DNA of 64,000 nt from a virus (IMGVR_UViG_3300049020_000031:64001-128000), one strand, 5' to 3'; positions 42,979 to 53,543 are shown, counted from the stretch's first letter. The notes: generated from the letters alone by a model not told the origin. Numbers and translations: made by a program.

Positions 42979-44345
42979 TCAATCGTATATTGCCAAGAAT
43001 TTTCCGGGGCGCATTTTATCAAGAAGATACAAACGCTCCCAGCATTCAAATTGAACTGAATCGTGAGTTACAATTTGTTTCTTCACCAAATCCCGCAGCC
43101 CATCCAAATAATTGAATTCACGTTGATAGTCATCATTGAAGCTGGCAATCTTCCTCGCCAGGTAACCCGCTGGTTTGCCCGTCAATATGATTTGAACCAT
43201 CGCTTGATCGGTATTATCAAATGGTCCAATCTCTGGAGGTTTTACACCATGAGTTGCGTTAAATTCACGAGTGTATGTTCCCATAATGTACCAACCATCA
43301 GAGTATTTCATCATACAAACTCTGAAGTCTTCTACTGAATAGAGAAGTTCCAATTCAACACCGAATGAACTCTTCTCCACCAGAATAGCCAAGTCCTCAT
43401 ATCCGGGTTTGCGATCGCCCGCCCACCAAGAACCGTGAGCGTTCTTTGTAAAGTAGGACGTATCGACGTGCTTGATTTCTCGATGCAGTTTCATTCAAAA
43501 GTTCCCAGGAGTCTCAATTGCACCATGGCTGAATCTGAATCGTCAAATGGGCCAATATCAGCAACCTCCCAATCCTTCTGAAGAATTGGGCAAATCCACC
43601 ATTCACCACCTTTTTGCATTACCGTAACTCTCACCCCGTCAATGCGAGTTGCATGAACGGTTGTCCGGTCTTCGCCTATTGACATATAGGCTGCAATATG
43701 TTCGATGTCTATACCACGATGCTTTGGTTTGATTGCATCAAACCTGGTAATTTCTAGATTCATAGTTTCATTCAAAGTCCGCGACGACTAGCAAATAGAA
43801 CATCGCTTGATTCCTGGTTGTGAATGGGCCAATACTCGTTTTTTCGTCTTGTGAATCTTCATTCGGAACTAACCACCAACTGTGATCTTCAACATAACAA
43901 ACAGCTACGATTTCTATTTCGTTCAGAAGAGGGTCTTCAGTAAACCAAGCCACTTGGTACCACAGTCTGTTGTTATGAAAACCAAGTGATCTGTTCTCTT
44001 CAACCAAATCGTTTGCTTTGATCTCGATTTTCATGATCTGTATTTCCGGTCACAAATCAGAAACAACGAAATCATCGCATCATCCAATGAATCAAACGGA
44101 CCAACATCATCAAATATGTCATCATCATTGATCAACTGCGGACCAATGACCCATCCATCTTCAGCAGTAAGGATAACTGTCACCAAGATGCCGTTGATCG
44201 ATGGTTCAAACCAAGTTTTATCGTCATTGAAGAATGACGATCCGATAGCTTGAATCCGGTTATTTCGATGTTTAGGACTGTAACTATTGGTTCGGTGATC
44301 GATACTGCAATTTGGATGGGAGTATTTTGGCAGGGCTTCAGTCAT
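42979..44345 (-). CDS. four tandem paralogues with an IGPFD..D.AM motif (42979..43494, 43491..43775, 43768..44034, 44031..44345)
   Basis: Shared W...P....D/EIGPF....AM..L. Confidence 0.7.
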
Positions 44346-45122
44346 ACCACCATTATACGACTGATATGCCACAAATTGTCTTAGAACTTACCAGTACGAA
44401 CTATTTCAACGGCCACGATGTAGTTCAAGTGGATGACACCACGAATACCATTCGTTCCCTTGGTAATAATAGTGTCCATGAATTGGCGAATCATGTGATT
44501 CTTGAATGACTGACTGGCACGATCAGTCATTGTCTTTTTTGCCGCATCATTGACGTGTTGGCCTTGATCAATGTGATCAAGAGCGAATTGATACAAGGTG
44601 TCAATTACATCTTGGGAACCAGCAACGACGCCATCACGACCATGACTCATGAACCGAAGGAACCAATGTTCGGTCAGGCCTTCAACCACTTCGTCAAATG
44701 TGCAATTTGCCAAGTTCTTACAATTGATGGCGTGCAGAATCATGTATTACTCCTTAGTGGTTTTTCGTTCATTATACGCCAAATGAACGAAAAGTCAATA
44801 CACGATTGTCGCAATGATGGTGGCGATTACGACTACAATCCAAAAATACGGACTCCGCATAGGAAGAAAATAAAGATGAACTGCTTCCTTGGCACCGTCC
44901 TTAAACGCAATCCATCCTTCACCTAATGTCATTTCTTTCTCCCTATGGTTTTGGCGTATTCGTCTCGTTCCTTCGAGATTTTCGAACAATATCGTTCAGT
45001 AGCTGATTGAATTCGTTTTACGATTTTCTGATTAGTCCATTCAGAATGTTGTGAGATTTCAACTGACGCTTTGATTGTATCATCAAAGGAATCAAGTTTC
45101 TTTTTGGTTCGTCTCACAGACA

Positions 45123-45767
45123 TCAAACTGGATCCACGTAGCCCCTGAACGTCAACGAAATTCTGGGTCCACAAACATGCAGGGATGATTTGGGGATGCG
45201 ATGGTGGTGAGTGTCCTGCATCCCGGGATACATCAAACACAGACTGCCACTTTCCAATGAAACCTTGTCAACCGTGTTGTGAGTTGATGCAAGGGAGTTC
45301 ATTGTCTCACCCAGATTAATATTTCCCTGAATGCCAGTCAGACCATCCAAAACACTCCTCGCAGCGAAGTTTGGATTCTTTCTAAACCAGATTTCACGAG
45401 TGGCGCCCAGACTCACAATTGCGATTGGTCGCTTGTCATCCATTTCCGGACTGTCATCAGCGTGCCATCCCAAGTGGTCAGTGCCGTCCTGATAACCATT
45501 CAAGAAGCACGCCTCGAACGCGCACCCCATTTCATTTTCCAGGAGTGATTTGATGTTCAGAATATCTGCGTGATATGGCTGAACACCGTATTCCCTCACT
45601 CCAGCACCTTTGCCATAAGTGTAGGGGACTTTGACATCATTGCAGTAATATTCACGCCTGGGAGTGTTGCCTACACGAACCCAGGCTAGTTCTTCCCAGA
45701 GTCGATTGAAAACTTCCTGATGATTCACCAACCAGTTTGGCGTGTATTTTACAGGCAAGTCACCCAT
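45123..45767 (-). CDS. AlkB-family 2OG-Fe(II) dioxygenase
   Basis: LNGYQDG.DHLGWHADD, IVSLG, H.HRIPK, RISLTFR. Confidence 0.92.
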   Translation of the reverse strand: MGDLPVKYTPNWLVNHQEVFNRLWEELAWVRVGNTPRREYYCNDVKVPYTYGKGAGVREYGVQPYHADILNIKSLLENEMGCAFEACFLNGYQDGTDHLGWHADDSPEMDDKRPIAIVSLGATREIWFRKNPNFAARSVLDGLTGIQGNINLGETMNSLASTHNTVDKVSLESGSLCLMYPGMQDTHHHRIPKSSLHVCGPRISLTFRGYVDPV

Positions 45768-45776
45768 ACGATTCTC

Positions 45777-46451
45777 CTAGAAATTGTCCCCGAAATGTTT
45801 CCTAACAGTCGAGGAATAAAAGTTACCGAACAGATTCATTGTAGCATGAAACCCAGCTATCAGGAGATCAGTCACTAGATATATCAGGAGAGCAACTGGC
45901 CACCAAACAACCACAAACGCAAGCAAGATCTTGTGGTCTTTTATTGATGGCACCAGCATTTCAACAAGATGTTTCCAATCATTTGGCCGACCTTGATATG
46001 AAACTTTAAACTCTTTCACCAATGAGTCATGCAACTGACGCAGATGATAATGGTATTCAGCGTTGCTGCCAGTTTTGAAATAATCCAAATCAAATTGCTT
46101 TTCCAACAAGTAATTGTTCTGAACCATCAGAAATTTGTTTCTAAAGTCGATGATGAGATTGTTCCAATAATATTTGGAACAAGCCATACCTATGATGAAA
46201 TAAAGTAAGTACCCACCAATGGCTTCCCAGCCATTGAAGGCGTAAAAGAATCTGATTCCGCCACCAACGAACCATAGACCTATTGAACTCCAAATCAGAG
46301 TCCAGAACAAAGGTAAGTTTTGATGATCCTCTTTAACATGACTGATCATGGTGAGGACTGGCCCGACCACCAACAGGGCGATTCCTAGCAGGAATCCGAA
46401 CCAAAATTCACGAAGTAGTTCAGTTCCAATAAAGAACAAAGTATCCATCAC
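45777..46451 (-). CDS. membrane protein (paralogue of 34902..35681)
   Basis: TM segments, WWP motif; ends in TAG. Confidence 0.6.
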   Translation of the reverse strand: MMDTLFFIGTELLREFWFGFLLGIALLVVGPVLTMISHVKEDHQNLPLFWTLIWSSIGLWFVGGGIRFFYAFNGWEAIGGYLLYFIIGMACSKYYWNNLIIDFRNKFLMVQNNYLLEKQFDLDYFKTGSNAEYHYHLRQLHDSLVKEFKVSYQGRPNDWKHLVEMLVPSIKDHKILLAFVVVWWPVALLIYLVTDLLIAGFHATMNLFGNFYSSTVRKHFGDNF

Positions 46452-46816
46452 ATATCCTTGTAGAAGTTTTCATTGTACAGGGATGAAACTCTCCTGTAAC
46501 CACGTTTTTCAAAGAAGTCAATCAAACGTGGTTCAATCACCGACTCCACGAAAATACCCATGTATCCATTGTCTTTGGCGATGACTTCGATATCGTTCAC
46601 CACTGAGGTGAACAAACCTTTTCCACGTTGTGAAAATTTGACTACGATATTTGCGACATCGAGTACATTGTCGATTGGTACACCCTCAACAGCTCGGAAT
46701 GCTTTCCGGAAATAGACTTCAACGTTTCCATCATCACTCAACAACCAAGCGTTTCTTCGCTCTGAAGCCATGAAATCTCGAAGGGCTTCCATCTTAGCAA
46801 GCACCCAAACTTCCAT
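46448..46816 (-). CDS. GNAT acetyltransferase
   Basis: QRGKGLFT acetyl-CoA motif, FFEKRGY. Confidence 0.75.
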   Translation of the reverse strand: MEVWVLAKMEALRDFMASERRNAWLLSDDGNVEVYFRKAFRAVEGVPIDNVLDVANIVVKFSQRGKGLFTSVVNDIEVIAKDNGYMGIFVESVIEPRLIDFFEKRGYRRVSSLYNENFYKDM

Positions 46817-47270
46817 TCAAGTGTGGAATACACCTGGCGTATGGATTAGATGTGACGCCATTAGAAGGAGGATTTGCATTATTCCCTTTTTGTATCTCAA
46901 CTATTCTAGATGGAATAGATTGATTGGTGGTTAACGACGAGCATTTTGCTTTGACTTGCGCCGTCTCCAATGCTTCCATTTCACCCTTTAGGTGAGCGAT
47001 TTCTGCCTCATGATCACCAGACAACTTACTAAACGGAATACCCAATAGAAAAACACCAATGGCATCACCAGTAGCTTTGCCGTCTTGTTCACGACTTAAT
47101 CGCTCTAAACGAATATGAGTTGATAGCTGGCGGGTTATCAATTGATCACATGTTAAATCTGCAAATTTTTCATGCGATACGTATGAAGCATGAATACTAC
47201 CTGGCCTGTTGGCACAGGCCAACAGGAAGAAAGTCGAAACTACGATTGAAATATACTTTAAGTTTTTCAT
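46794..47270 (-). CDS. predicted lipoprotein
   Basis: LLAC lipobox, CDQL, GVFLLGIP. Confidence 0.6.
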   Translation of the reverse strand: MKNLKYISIVVSTFFLLACANRPGSIHASYVSHEKFADLTCDQLITRQLSTHIRLERLSREQDGKATGDAIGVFLLGIPFSKLSGDHEAEIAHLKGEMEALETAQVKAKCSSLTTNQSIPSRIVEIQKGNNANPPSNGVTSNPYARCIPHLNGSLGAC

Positions 47271-47609
47271 TATTGTGGTGGCACCAAGGTCAAGCTAGTT
47301 CCTGATATCAAGTTCAGGAAGCAATCAATGGTATTGTTGGGAAAGTGATATCTAGCCAGTTCATATTGATGCTCGATAGTTTGGGCGAATTTGTCAACTA
47401 CTGCTGAGATGAATGCCACGTCTTCAAACAGGTCGTCGTCAACCATGATGTCGATCTTCGATGCAGCCAACTCACCCGCATCGATCCCAATCAGTTTTTC
47501 TAACCGAGTCTTCAACATGATTCGAGTGAGACCGGAACTAGTGTGATGCAATGGGCCATTTGCAGAATCGAGTTGCTGCAGAATGATCTCTTTGTATTGG
47601 GCGTAGATA

Positions 47610-47846
47610 TCAGACATCGGTTTTCCTTTGACTCTCAGTATAACGCCTAAACATTGCCACCTTTCGAAGTCTGGGATAAAGAACTAGAAATCCACTCATG
47701 CCACCATTCACAAACAGATACGAGGCATAAAGATTCCATTTGCCTTGAAAGGTCACGTATTGATACAGCCCAAACAATGACCAAACCCAAACAGAAACGC
47801 CCAGAGCGATCCAGAATCTAATTCTGACGTTTCTGAGCGTGTTCAT
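47610..47846 (-). CDS. small membrane protein starting 2 nt after the tRNA CCA
   Basis: ATG 47846; the longer track ORF runs into the tRNA. Confidence 0.55.
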   Translation of the reverse strand: MNTLRNVRIRFWIALGVSVWVWSLFGLYQYVTFQGKWNLYASYLFVNGGMSGFLVLYPRLRKVAMFRRYTESQRKTDV

Positions 47847-47848
47847 AT

Positions 47849-47923
47849 TGGTGACTCCTAGGGGATTCGAACCCCTGCTTCCGGTTTTAGAGACCGCCAC
47901 TCTGGCCGCTGAGTTAAGGAGTC
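47849..47923 (-). tRNA. amber suppressor tRNA, anticodon CUA, encoded CCA
   Basis: Folds as GACTCCT TA ACTC AGCGGCCA GAGT G GCGGT CT-CTA-AA ACCGG AAGC AGGGG TTCGAAT CCCCT AGGAGTC A CCA. Anticodon at 47890-47888; one G-G mismatch at the top of the anticodon stem. Confidence 0.92.
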
Positions 47924-48404
47924 AAATCATTTAATTGAGATCAGCATCCTTGCGAAACTGCTCAATACACCATTCGTATGGATCACCATCCCGAGCCTTG
48001 GCTACACCGTAGGGCATTTCCCCATTACCAGTGTAGTAATCGTACAGCCATGTCAAAAATGCTGGGGTGGGATCATGGCCCAAAATCAATTCCTGAATGT
48101 CATCACGGAACAGATGACAGATCTTGTTGAATTCTGGGTTGTTCTTAATCATACATCAAATGATATGGCAAACAATTATCTGAGTCAAGCGCTTTTTGTG
48201 ATGCCACCCACCGTACATACGACAGTGGTATCAGAACCAAAAACAGGCGACAGTGGTGTGACGCTTTGATAATGGTAGTCACTGAACGACAGGCAATCAA
48301 TCGTCACTCCCATGGCAAACGATGTGTCCTCGAAGTCAATGATGCAGTTGGACCACAAGGAATTATTTTCATCCTTGGGTTGGGCAGGCTTGACGAGCTT
48401 CATA

Positions 48405-48689
48405 TCAAAGTTGCGCGAAAACTACTTTGATATGGGCATCATCTTTCTTGTACCCATCCTTGGGGTTGGGGAAAGATTCCTGACTAGCCTTCACTTCAGT
48501 GATTTTGTCTTCACTGAACAGTCGCCATCCGGAGTGCGCGGGATCATCGCTGATCTGATATCCGCGTAGCTTCGATGCCCCGCTGGAGTCAGTCCCGTAG
48601 GTATGCGGTTCTACCAAACGTTCAGCACCGTTGTATGTGATGCTGATGCGTTTACGACTGTTGATTGATTCCACGATTGTGTTATTCAT
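48405..48689 (-). CDS. WYL-domain protein
   Basis: ISITY...RLVEPHTYG...LRGYQ...WRLF...I. Confidence 0.8.
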   Translation of the reverse strand: MNNTIVESINSRKRISITYNGAERLVEPHTYGTDSSGASKLRGYQISDDPAHSGWRLFSEDKITEVKASQESFPNPKDGYKKDDAHIKVVFAQL

Positions 48690-48825
48690 ATAGCCTTTGT
48701 TTTCAGATGGAGTGTCTGGGAGGGCGCGTTCTAAACATGCTGATCATCAACGCTATTGGTACTTCCCGAAGCCATTCTATGTTACAGTTCACACCGCTAC
48801 TTGATTAACGTGTAGCCATATGTAA

Positions 48826-49254
48826 TCAGTGGTTACACTCTCGAATCCACCAAACTATCGTTGCTTTTCTACTGGGTTCTCTTGATCTCTCACGAAAACC
48901 CAAGCTAATTAGAACTTTGACTGACGCCGTATTGTCAGACCAGGAGCCGGCATATACGTCACACTCTATTGAGCTGAGGAACATTTTCCCAGCCTGGACC
49001 GCTATGCCTTTGCGTCTATACGGACCAGCCACCCAGAATCCGAAATTGGATTCATTGTCATATGAAATTGTCCCCACGGGTACGCCATCCAAAAGGATGG
49101 CAGTTTCGCAGTTACAACCTTGAATCCATGAGTCCAGGGTTTCCATTTCCCAAGTAGATGAACCCTGACACCATTTTGAATCTTCCACCGTGTAGTAGGC
49201 GTAAAGATCCAGCGCCAAGCTAGGCGTCATGGGCGTCAGGGTTATCTGATTCAT
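48826..49254 (-). CDS. GNAT acetyltransferase (RimJ/L-like)
   Basis: GFWV..PYRRKGIA, DNTASVKVL..LGF. Confidence 0.8.
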   Translation of the reverse strand: MNQITLTPMTPSLALDLYAYYTVEDSKWCQGSSTWEMETLDSWIQGCNCETAILLDGVPVGTISYDNESNFGFWVAGPYRRKGIAVQAGKMFLSSIECDVYAGSWSDNTASVKVLISLGFRERSREPSRKATIVWWIRECNH

Positions 49255-49270
49255 CCGTTGGATGATACAT

Positions 49271-49846
49271 TCATTCCGTAGCTTCGGTGGCTTTCACTTC
49301 GGTAAGAAACGCGGTACCCTCTGCATCAATTCTGAGATCACATCGACGAACTCGAATCGATCCCTTCGTGGATGGGTGACTGGGGTTCTCCCTAGTTGTC
49401 CATGGGGCAGTGGCATCCACGTGATTCACATAGTAGGATTGTCCCTTGGCTTTCACCACCCACATGGGAACCCATGAAAATTCCAAATGCTTCTTGTTGA
49501 AGTGAAACTCAACATTTCGGACATCGTTGAGCTCAAGAGGGAATTGAGCACGATGTTCAGCCATCTCCTTTTTCATGGTGTAGATCTGGGTTGCCCTCTT
49601 CTTGCCTTCATCTCGCACCGTGAGCAGCTTTCTAGCCATAACTCGTTGCTCGCGCAGCTTTCTAGCAATCGAGCCCGCGGCCGGGTTTCTGGCTTTCTCA
49701 GCGAGTACCAGAGAACGCTTTGTTTCTCGGATTCGATTCGAGATCTCACTATAAACTTCACGATACGCTGTCCGCCACTCCAGGTATTCTTCGCGAGTCT
49801 TGAACACTGGTTTCATTCCATATACTGACATTATTTGCTCCCCCAA
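49271..49846 (-). CDS. hypothetical phage protein
   Basis: Long ORF; FHFNK, WVVK.KG..YYV.HV, T.GSI. Confidence 0.65.
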   Translation of the reverse strand: MGEQIMSVYGMKPVFKTREEYLEWRTAYREVYSEISNRIRETKRSLVLAEKARNPAAGSIARKLREQRVMARKLLTVRDEGKKRATQIYTMKKEMAEHRAQFPLELNDVRNVEFHFNKKHLEFSWVPMWVVKAKGQSYYVNHVDATAPWTTRENPSHPSTKGSIRVRRCDLRIDAEGTAFLTEVKATEATE

Positions 49847-50623
49847 ATCAATCTAAAAGTTACCGCATCCGTGAGGCCTTCAAAAATTACGCCCACGGTG
49901 TACGAACAATCTGAACCCCAACCAACTTGTTCATAAGAACCCGTACAGTTGTCTCTACACCAATCCTTCACATCCAGCAAAGTGTTTTCAGTGAAGTTGA
50001 TGATCTTGACTAGACTCCAACTATCTGGATACTTTGCCTTGATCGACTCGACGGTGTTGTAATCCTCCCACTCGTCCTCTTCCATGAATTCATCTATATT
50101 CATTTCTTCCCCCGTTGTCCATGTTGGGTGATCTCATCACCCCTTGCCAAATAGAATGCAAGTGCATCACGTTCGTCGTTTATTAACCAGAAGTGATAGC
50201 GCTTTTCATCCTTAACTCTTCCCCTACCCTTGTACCAAGTGATCTGAATACCCATTGATTCTGCCAATTCCTTGAAATACGCTTGTGCATCTTTCCAAGT
50301 TGCAATTTGATCCGGAGTAAAGGGTGTTCTAACTACCCATGGATGAATCATTTGTTCACCTCACCGACAATACGTCCACCCATAAGAGCAATGATCATCG
50401 CTTCCTCCTTGGTTTCCACGTAGAAGAAGTGAAACGACAAGTTGACTCCGGGTGATGGATTGGCATCACTGTATCCCAACCAATTACCTGGCGTTGTTTT
50501 ACCATTCGACCACTTGATGCTCTTGCCGCCAAGTTCATAGAATTGACGCATCATTTGTTCTCGCGAGGACCAGAATGATTCCAGGGAGTCGTCATACTGC
50601 AAGCAAACTCTGATTACTGGCAT
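49831..50623 (-). CDS. three small paralogue-family ORFs (49831..50103, 50100..50351, 50348..50623)
   Basis: C-termini DAVTFRLIWG, DALAFYLARG, EEAMIIALMG. Confidence 0.65.
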
Positions 50624-51042
50624 AGTGAGAACCTCTTGGTGAATGCGCGAACTTCATCCTTGCGAGCTGGGCCGATACCCAGAGCCGTGATGATTGGATC
50701 TCCGGTGAAATGCGGAGGCATGATGTGATGCTCATCGATAATCAATGAACATGGGATGCCAGCTTCCTTCGCAGCCTCGTAGGCTTTCAGGATGGCGTCT
50801 TGGTTCTTAGCTTTGAGGCAAACCTTAGTTCCAATTCCATCGCGCTGGTAGAACTGGTTGATTTCCGGCCTCTTGAGCCCTGAGTCGATGAATGAATTGA
50901 GATAAGCGTGCCCAGCTTGACTGGCGAGTTTGCCAGGGGGCATTGACAAGTCTTCGCGAATGATCGCGTACAGACGATACGGGTCTTCCTCTGATGGGGA
51001 CCGCGAGTGATTGATGTATTGGGAAACCTATTGCTTGTTCAT
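50614..51042 (-). CDS. peptidyl-tRNA hydrolase (Pth2 family) with an in-frame amber codon at codon 5
   Basis: GAAAGG SD, 6-nt spacer, then ATG AAC AAG CAA TAG GTT... The frame continues into YRLYAIIREDLSMPPGKLASQAGHA...KVCLK...IID...TALGIGP. Confidence 0.85.
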
Positions 51043-51181
51043 GATATACCTTTCAGTTAGTTGTTGAGGTTCATCCTCGGAATCTATTTAAGCACCGTTT
51101 CATTTTGATCGCAAGAACAATTTTGAATTGTTCGATATGGTCTTTATACTAAGAGTTGGTTATACTAATCAAGTCTTTTAT

Positions 51182-52249
51182 ATGAATGCCATCCAAAAAC
51201 TAAAATCCCTTCCCCATAAAACGTTTGCCCACTTGTTGATACGAGTTCAAAATTCATCCTGGTGGAAAGAATCTCTGATTGCTGAATCCAACAAGATCTC
51301 CAATCAAAGAATTGAAGCAGCACGAGCTCTACTTCCTCAACGATCCGGAGATAACGACTGGACAAATCAGGTCTTTGAAAACCTGGTTGCCTATATGACG
51401 TCAGAACAGGCTCTACATAAAATCCAGGAACCTATCAACCAACACATGTTGAATTTTGGTGCCCTTGTTATCAAGAATTTGACTCCATTGAATCAATTGA
51501 TTCCAATCGTGGCTCTCCACAATCCAGTAAGCAACGCGATGCTCATGAGAGCAAATAATTCTGGAAATACCACTTCAAAATCTTATGAAGTTCTTAAGGT
51601 AGTGGTCGATGCCGTGACTAGAAAACTCAACACCAAGTTGAATAGAGAAGGTTTGATTGATACCGATCTCTCCTACCTTGAAGGATCTGCGCAAGAAGCT
51701 GCCGGTGACATCATGAAACTTGTCATTGATCAACTGAAAATGATCGCAGGAGAACCAGACGTCTTAAACATTGAACAATGGATGAGCGGTGAGGTCGGGA
51801 GCAAGTTGCTTCAGGTTATCGATACCAATGTACAAAGATTGGCGATTGATACTGGTAGAACCCCAACAGTAGTCATTCACACTTCAAAGGAAGTGGCGGA
51901 GATTCTGATTGAACAGAATGCCCTGGACTTGAATGAATATGCCAGCTTGGTGCCAACCAATATGGATTTTGTTGGAAAACTCAAGAGCTCAGGCAACAAA
52001 GTGTATGTCACTCCTCATATTGGTAAGGGTGAAATCCTGATTGCTTACAAGACGTCGTCCAACATGGATTCAGGATGCATTTTCATGCCCTATATGCCAG
52101 TAGTCAAGAGTGGCTTGGTAATGGATCAAGCCACGTTTGTTCCAAGTGAAACCTTTATCACCCGCTATGCACTCGCTAGTGATAAGGATTCAAAGAAGTA
52201 TTACCGACTCATTGACGCATCAAAAGTGCTGTCACATAAATCGGTGTAA
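51182..52249 (+). CDS. divergent T4 gp23/gp24-like capsid protein paralogue
   Basis: C-terminal DSGCIFMPYMP...D..TFVP...F.TRYAL resembles the gp23 DAG..Y.PY...FQP..GF.TRYG signature; also VVDAVTRKL. Confidence 0.65.
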   Translation: MNAIQKLKSLPHKTFAHLLIRVQNSSWWKESLIAESNKISNQRIEAARALLPQRSGDNDWTNQVFENLVAYMTSEQALHKIQEPINQHMLNFGALVIKNLTPLNQLIPIVALHNPVSNAMLMRANNSGNTTSKSYEVLKVVVDAVTRKLNTKLNREGLIDTDLSYLEGSAQEAAGDIMKLVIDQLKMIAGEPDVLNIEQWMSGEVGSKLLQVIDTNVQRLAIDTGRTPTVVIHTSKEVAEILIEQNALDLNEYASLVPTNMDFVGKLKSSGNKVYVTPHIGKGEILIAYKTSSNMDSGCIFMPYMPVVKSGLVMDQATFVPSETFITRYALASDKDSKKYYRLIDASKVLSHKSV

Positions 52250-53027
52250 CGAATACTTGTTGATGTAGGCGACACTAACCTTCTGGCGACAGAATTTTCT
52301 CTCCCAGAAGGTTATCATGTTTTTGTGAATCTTCTGATTGATAATCGGAGAATGACAAGCATAGGTATGCGCCTTGCTATTGATCCTGATAGCAACAATT
52401 TGATTCAACGGCATGCGGAATTTGTATCCGGGCCCACGAGGTTGAACTGACGACCAACGACGCCCGGGATACAAATAGATTGACGGACCATGGCTCCTAG
52501 CCAGAAAGCGAATGCCTGTTGAATTGTTCAAAACTTCCCCTTAATGTGCGACGGCTTGACTATGCCATTTGCCGTGTTCATCCTGATCGGTAGACCATGC
52601 GACACGGCGATTGCCACAATCACATCTCGAATCACCCGACCACCCATCGCAGGTGATAGCGCAGTCATCATCTCCCTGGAATTCAATTGATCCCAATTCC
52701 TCAATTTGGAGATTGCCAGCGGCGATGGCTTCTTCCCTGGTATCGTATCCGGCTTCGTTCATAGGGTCTCCTTATTCAGCATTCTTATCTTTGATAAGAT
52801 CATCAACTGTCAAACCCTTGTCCCTTGCTTCGAGCACGATTGACAACAGATACAACAATTGTTCCCCGTAATCACCATCGCCACCAGTGCGGATGTCCGT
52901 GCTTCCGTTGTTGAAAGCCCAGTCAATTCGATCCATGTCTCGGATGATTTGTTCCGCTTCTGGGTGGTGGTCGGTACCATCTTCCCATCTCTTACCGATA
53001 TCCACTACGATACCTTGGACAATTTTC

Positions 53028-53543
53028 TTAGTCATTTCTTACTACCAATTCCACGACGTCAATCTTAAATTCAACATGTTCTCTTCGATATTCACCGAAG
53101 TTACGAGGATCAAGACGCAAATCCAAATCCATTATTTCTGGGTGTGAACTACAGAGTGGATCCTCGTAAGCATATGGTACACGCCCCATAGCTGCCAATT
53201 TATCTGTCAACAATCCGTACCAACTTTCAAACCATTCGTCCCATTCTTGTCTATGGATTGATTCATAGACCGGCTCATAAAATGTCGTCTTATCGATGTA
53301 TTCTTCCTGATTTTTACAGGAGCTTCGGTTGACACGTTGACACATTGGTTCCGGGTACGACATCAGGAAGTCTTTATATTCTTCACGAATCCAGTCCAAC
53401 AACTGACATTCATCTTGATAGTCGGCTTCAGCTTCATCGGCAAACCGCTCAGCCGCTCTCATAGAGGTAAATGCTTTAAGATTTAGGTGGTATCGATTAT
53501 CATATTCACCAGAATATCGGACGACTAGGTAAATATTGGCCAT
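53028..53543 (-). CDS. hypothetical acidic protein
   Basis: IYLV..YSGEYD....KAF pattern. Confidence 0.6.
   Translation of the reverse strand: MANIYLVVRYSGEYDNRYHLNLKAFTSMRAAERFADEAEADYQDECQLLDWIREEYKDFLMSYPEPMCQRVNRSSCKNQEEYIDKTTFYEPVYESIHRQEWDEWFESWYGLLTDKLAAMGRVPYAYEDPLCSSHPEIMDLDLRLDPRNFGEYRREHVEFKIDVVELVVRND

Noticed and set aside
47846-47900. N-terminal extension MAVSKTGSRGSNPLG of the track ORF 47610..47900
   Set aside because: It is a translation of the tRNA gene.
47849-47923. tRNA-Pyl (also anticodon CUA)
   Set aside because: It has a canonical D-loop GG, a TTCGA T-loop, a 2-nt acceptor/D linker and a 5-position anticodon stem, unlike tRNA-Pyl. No pyl genes are in the window.
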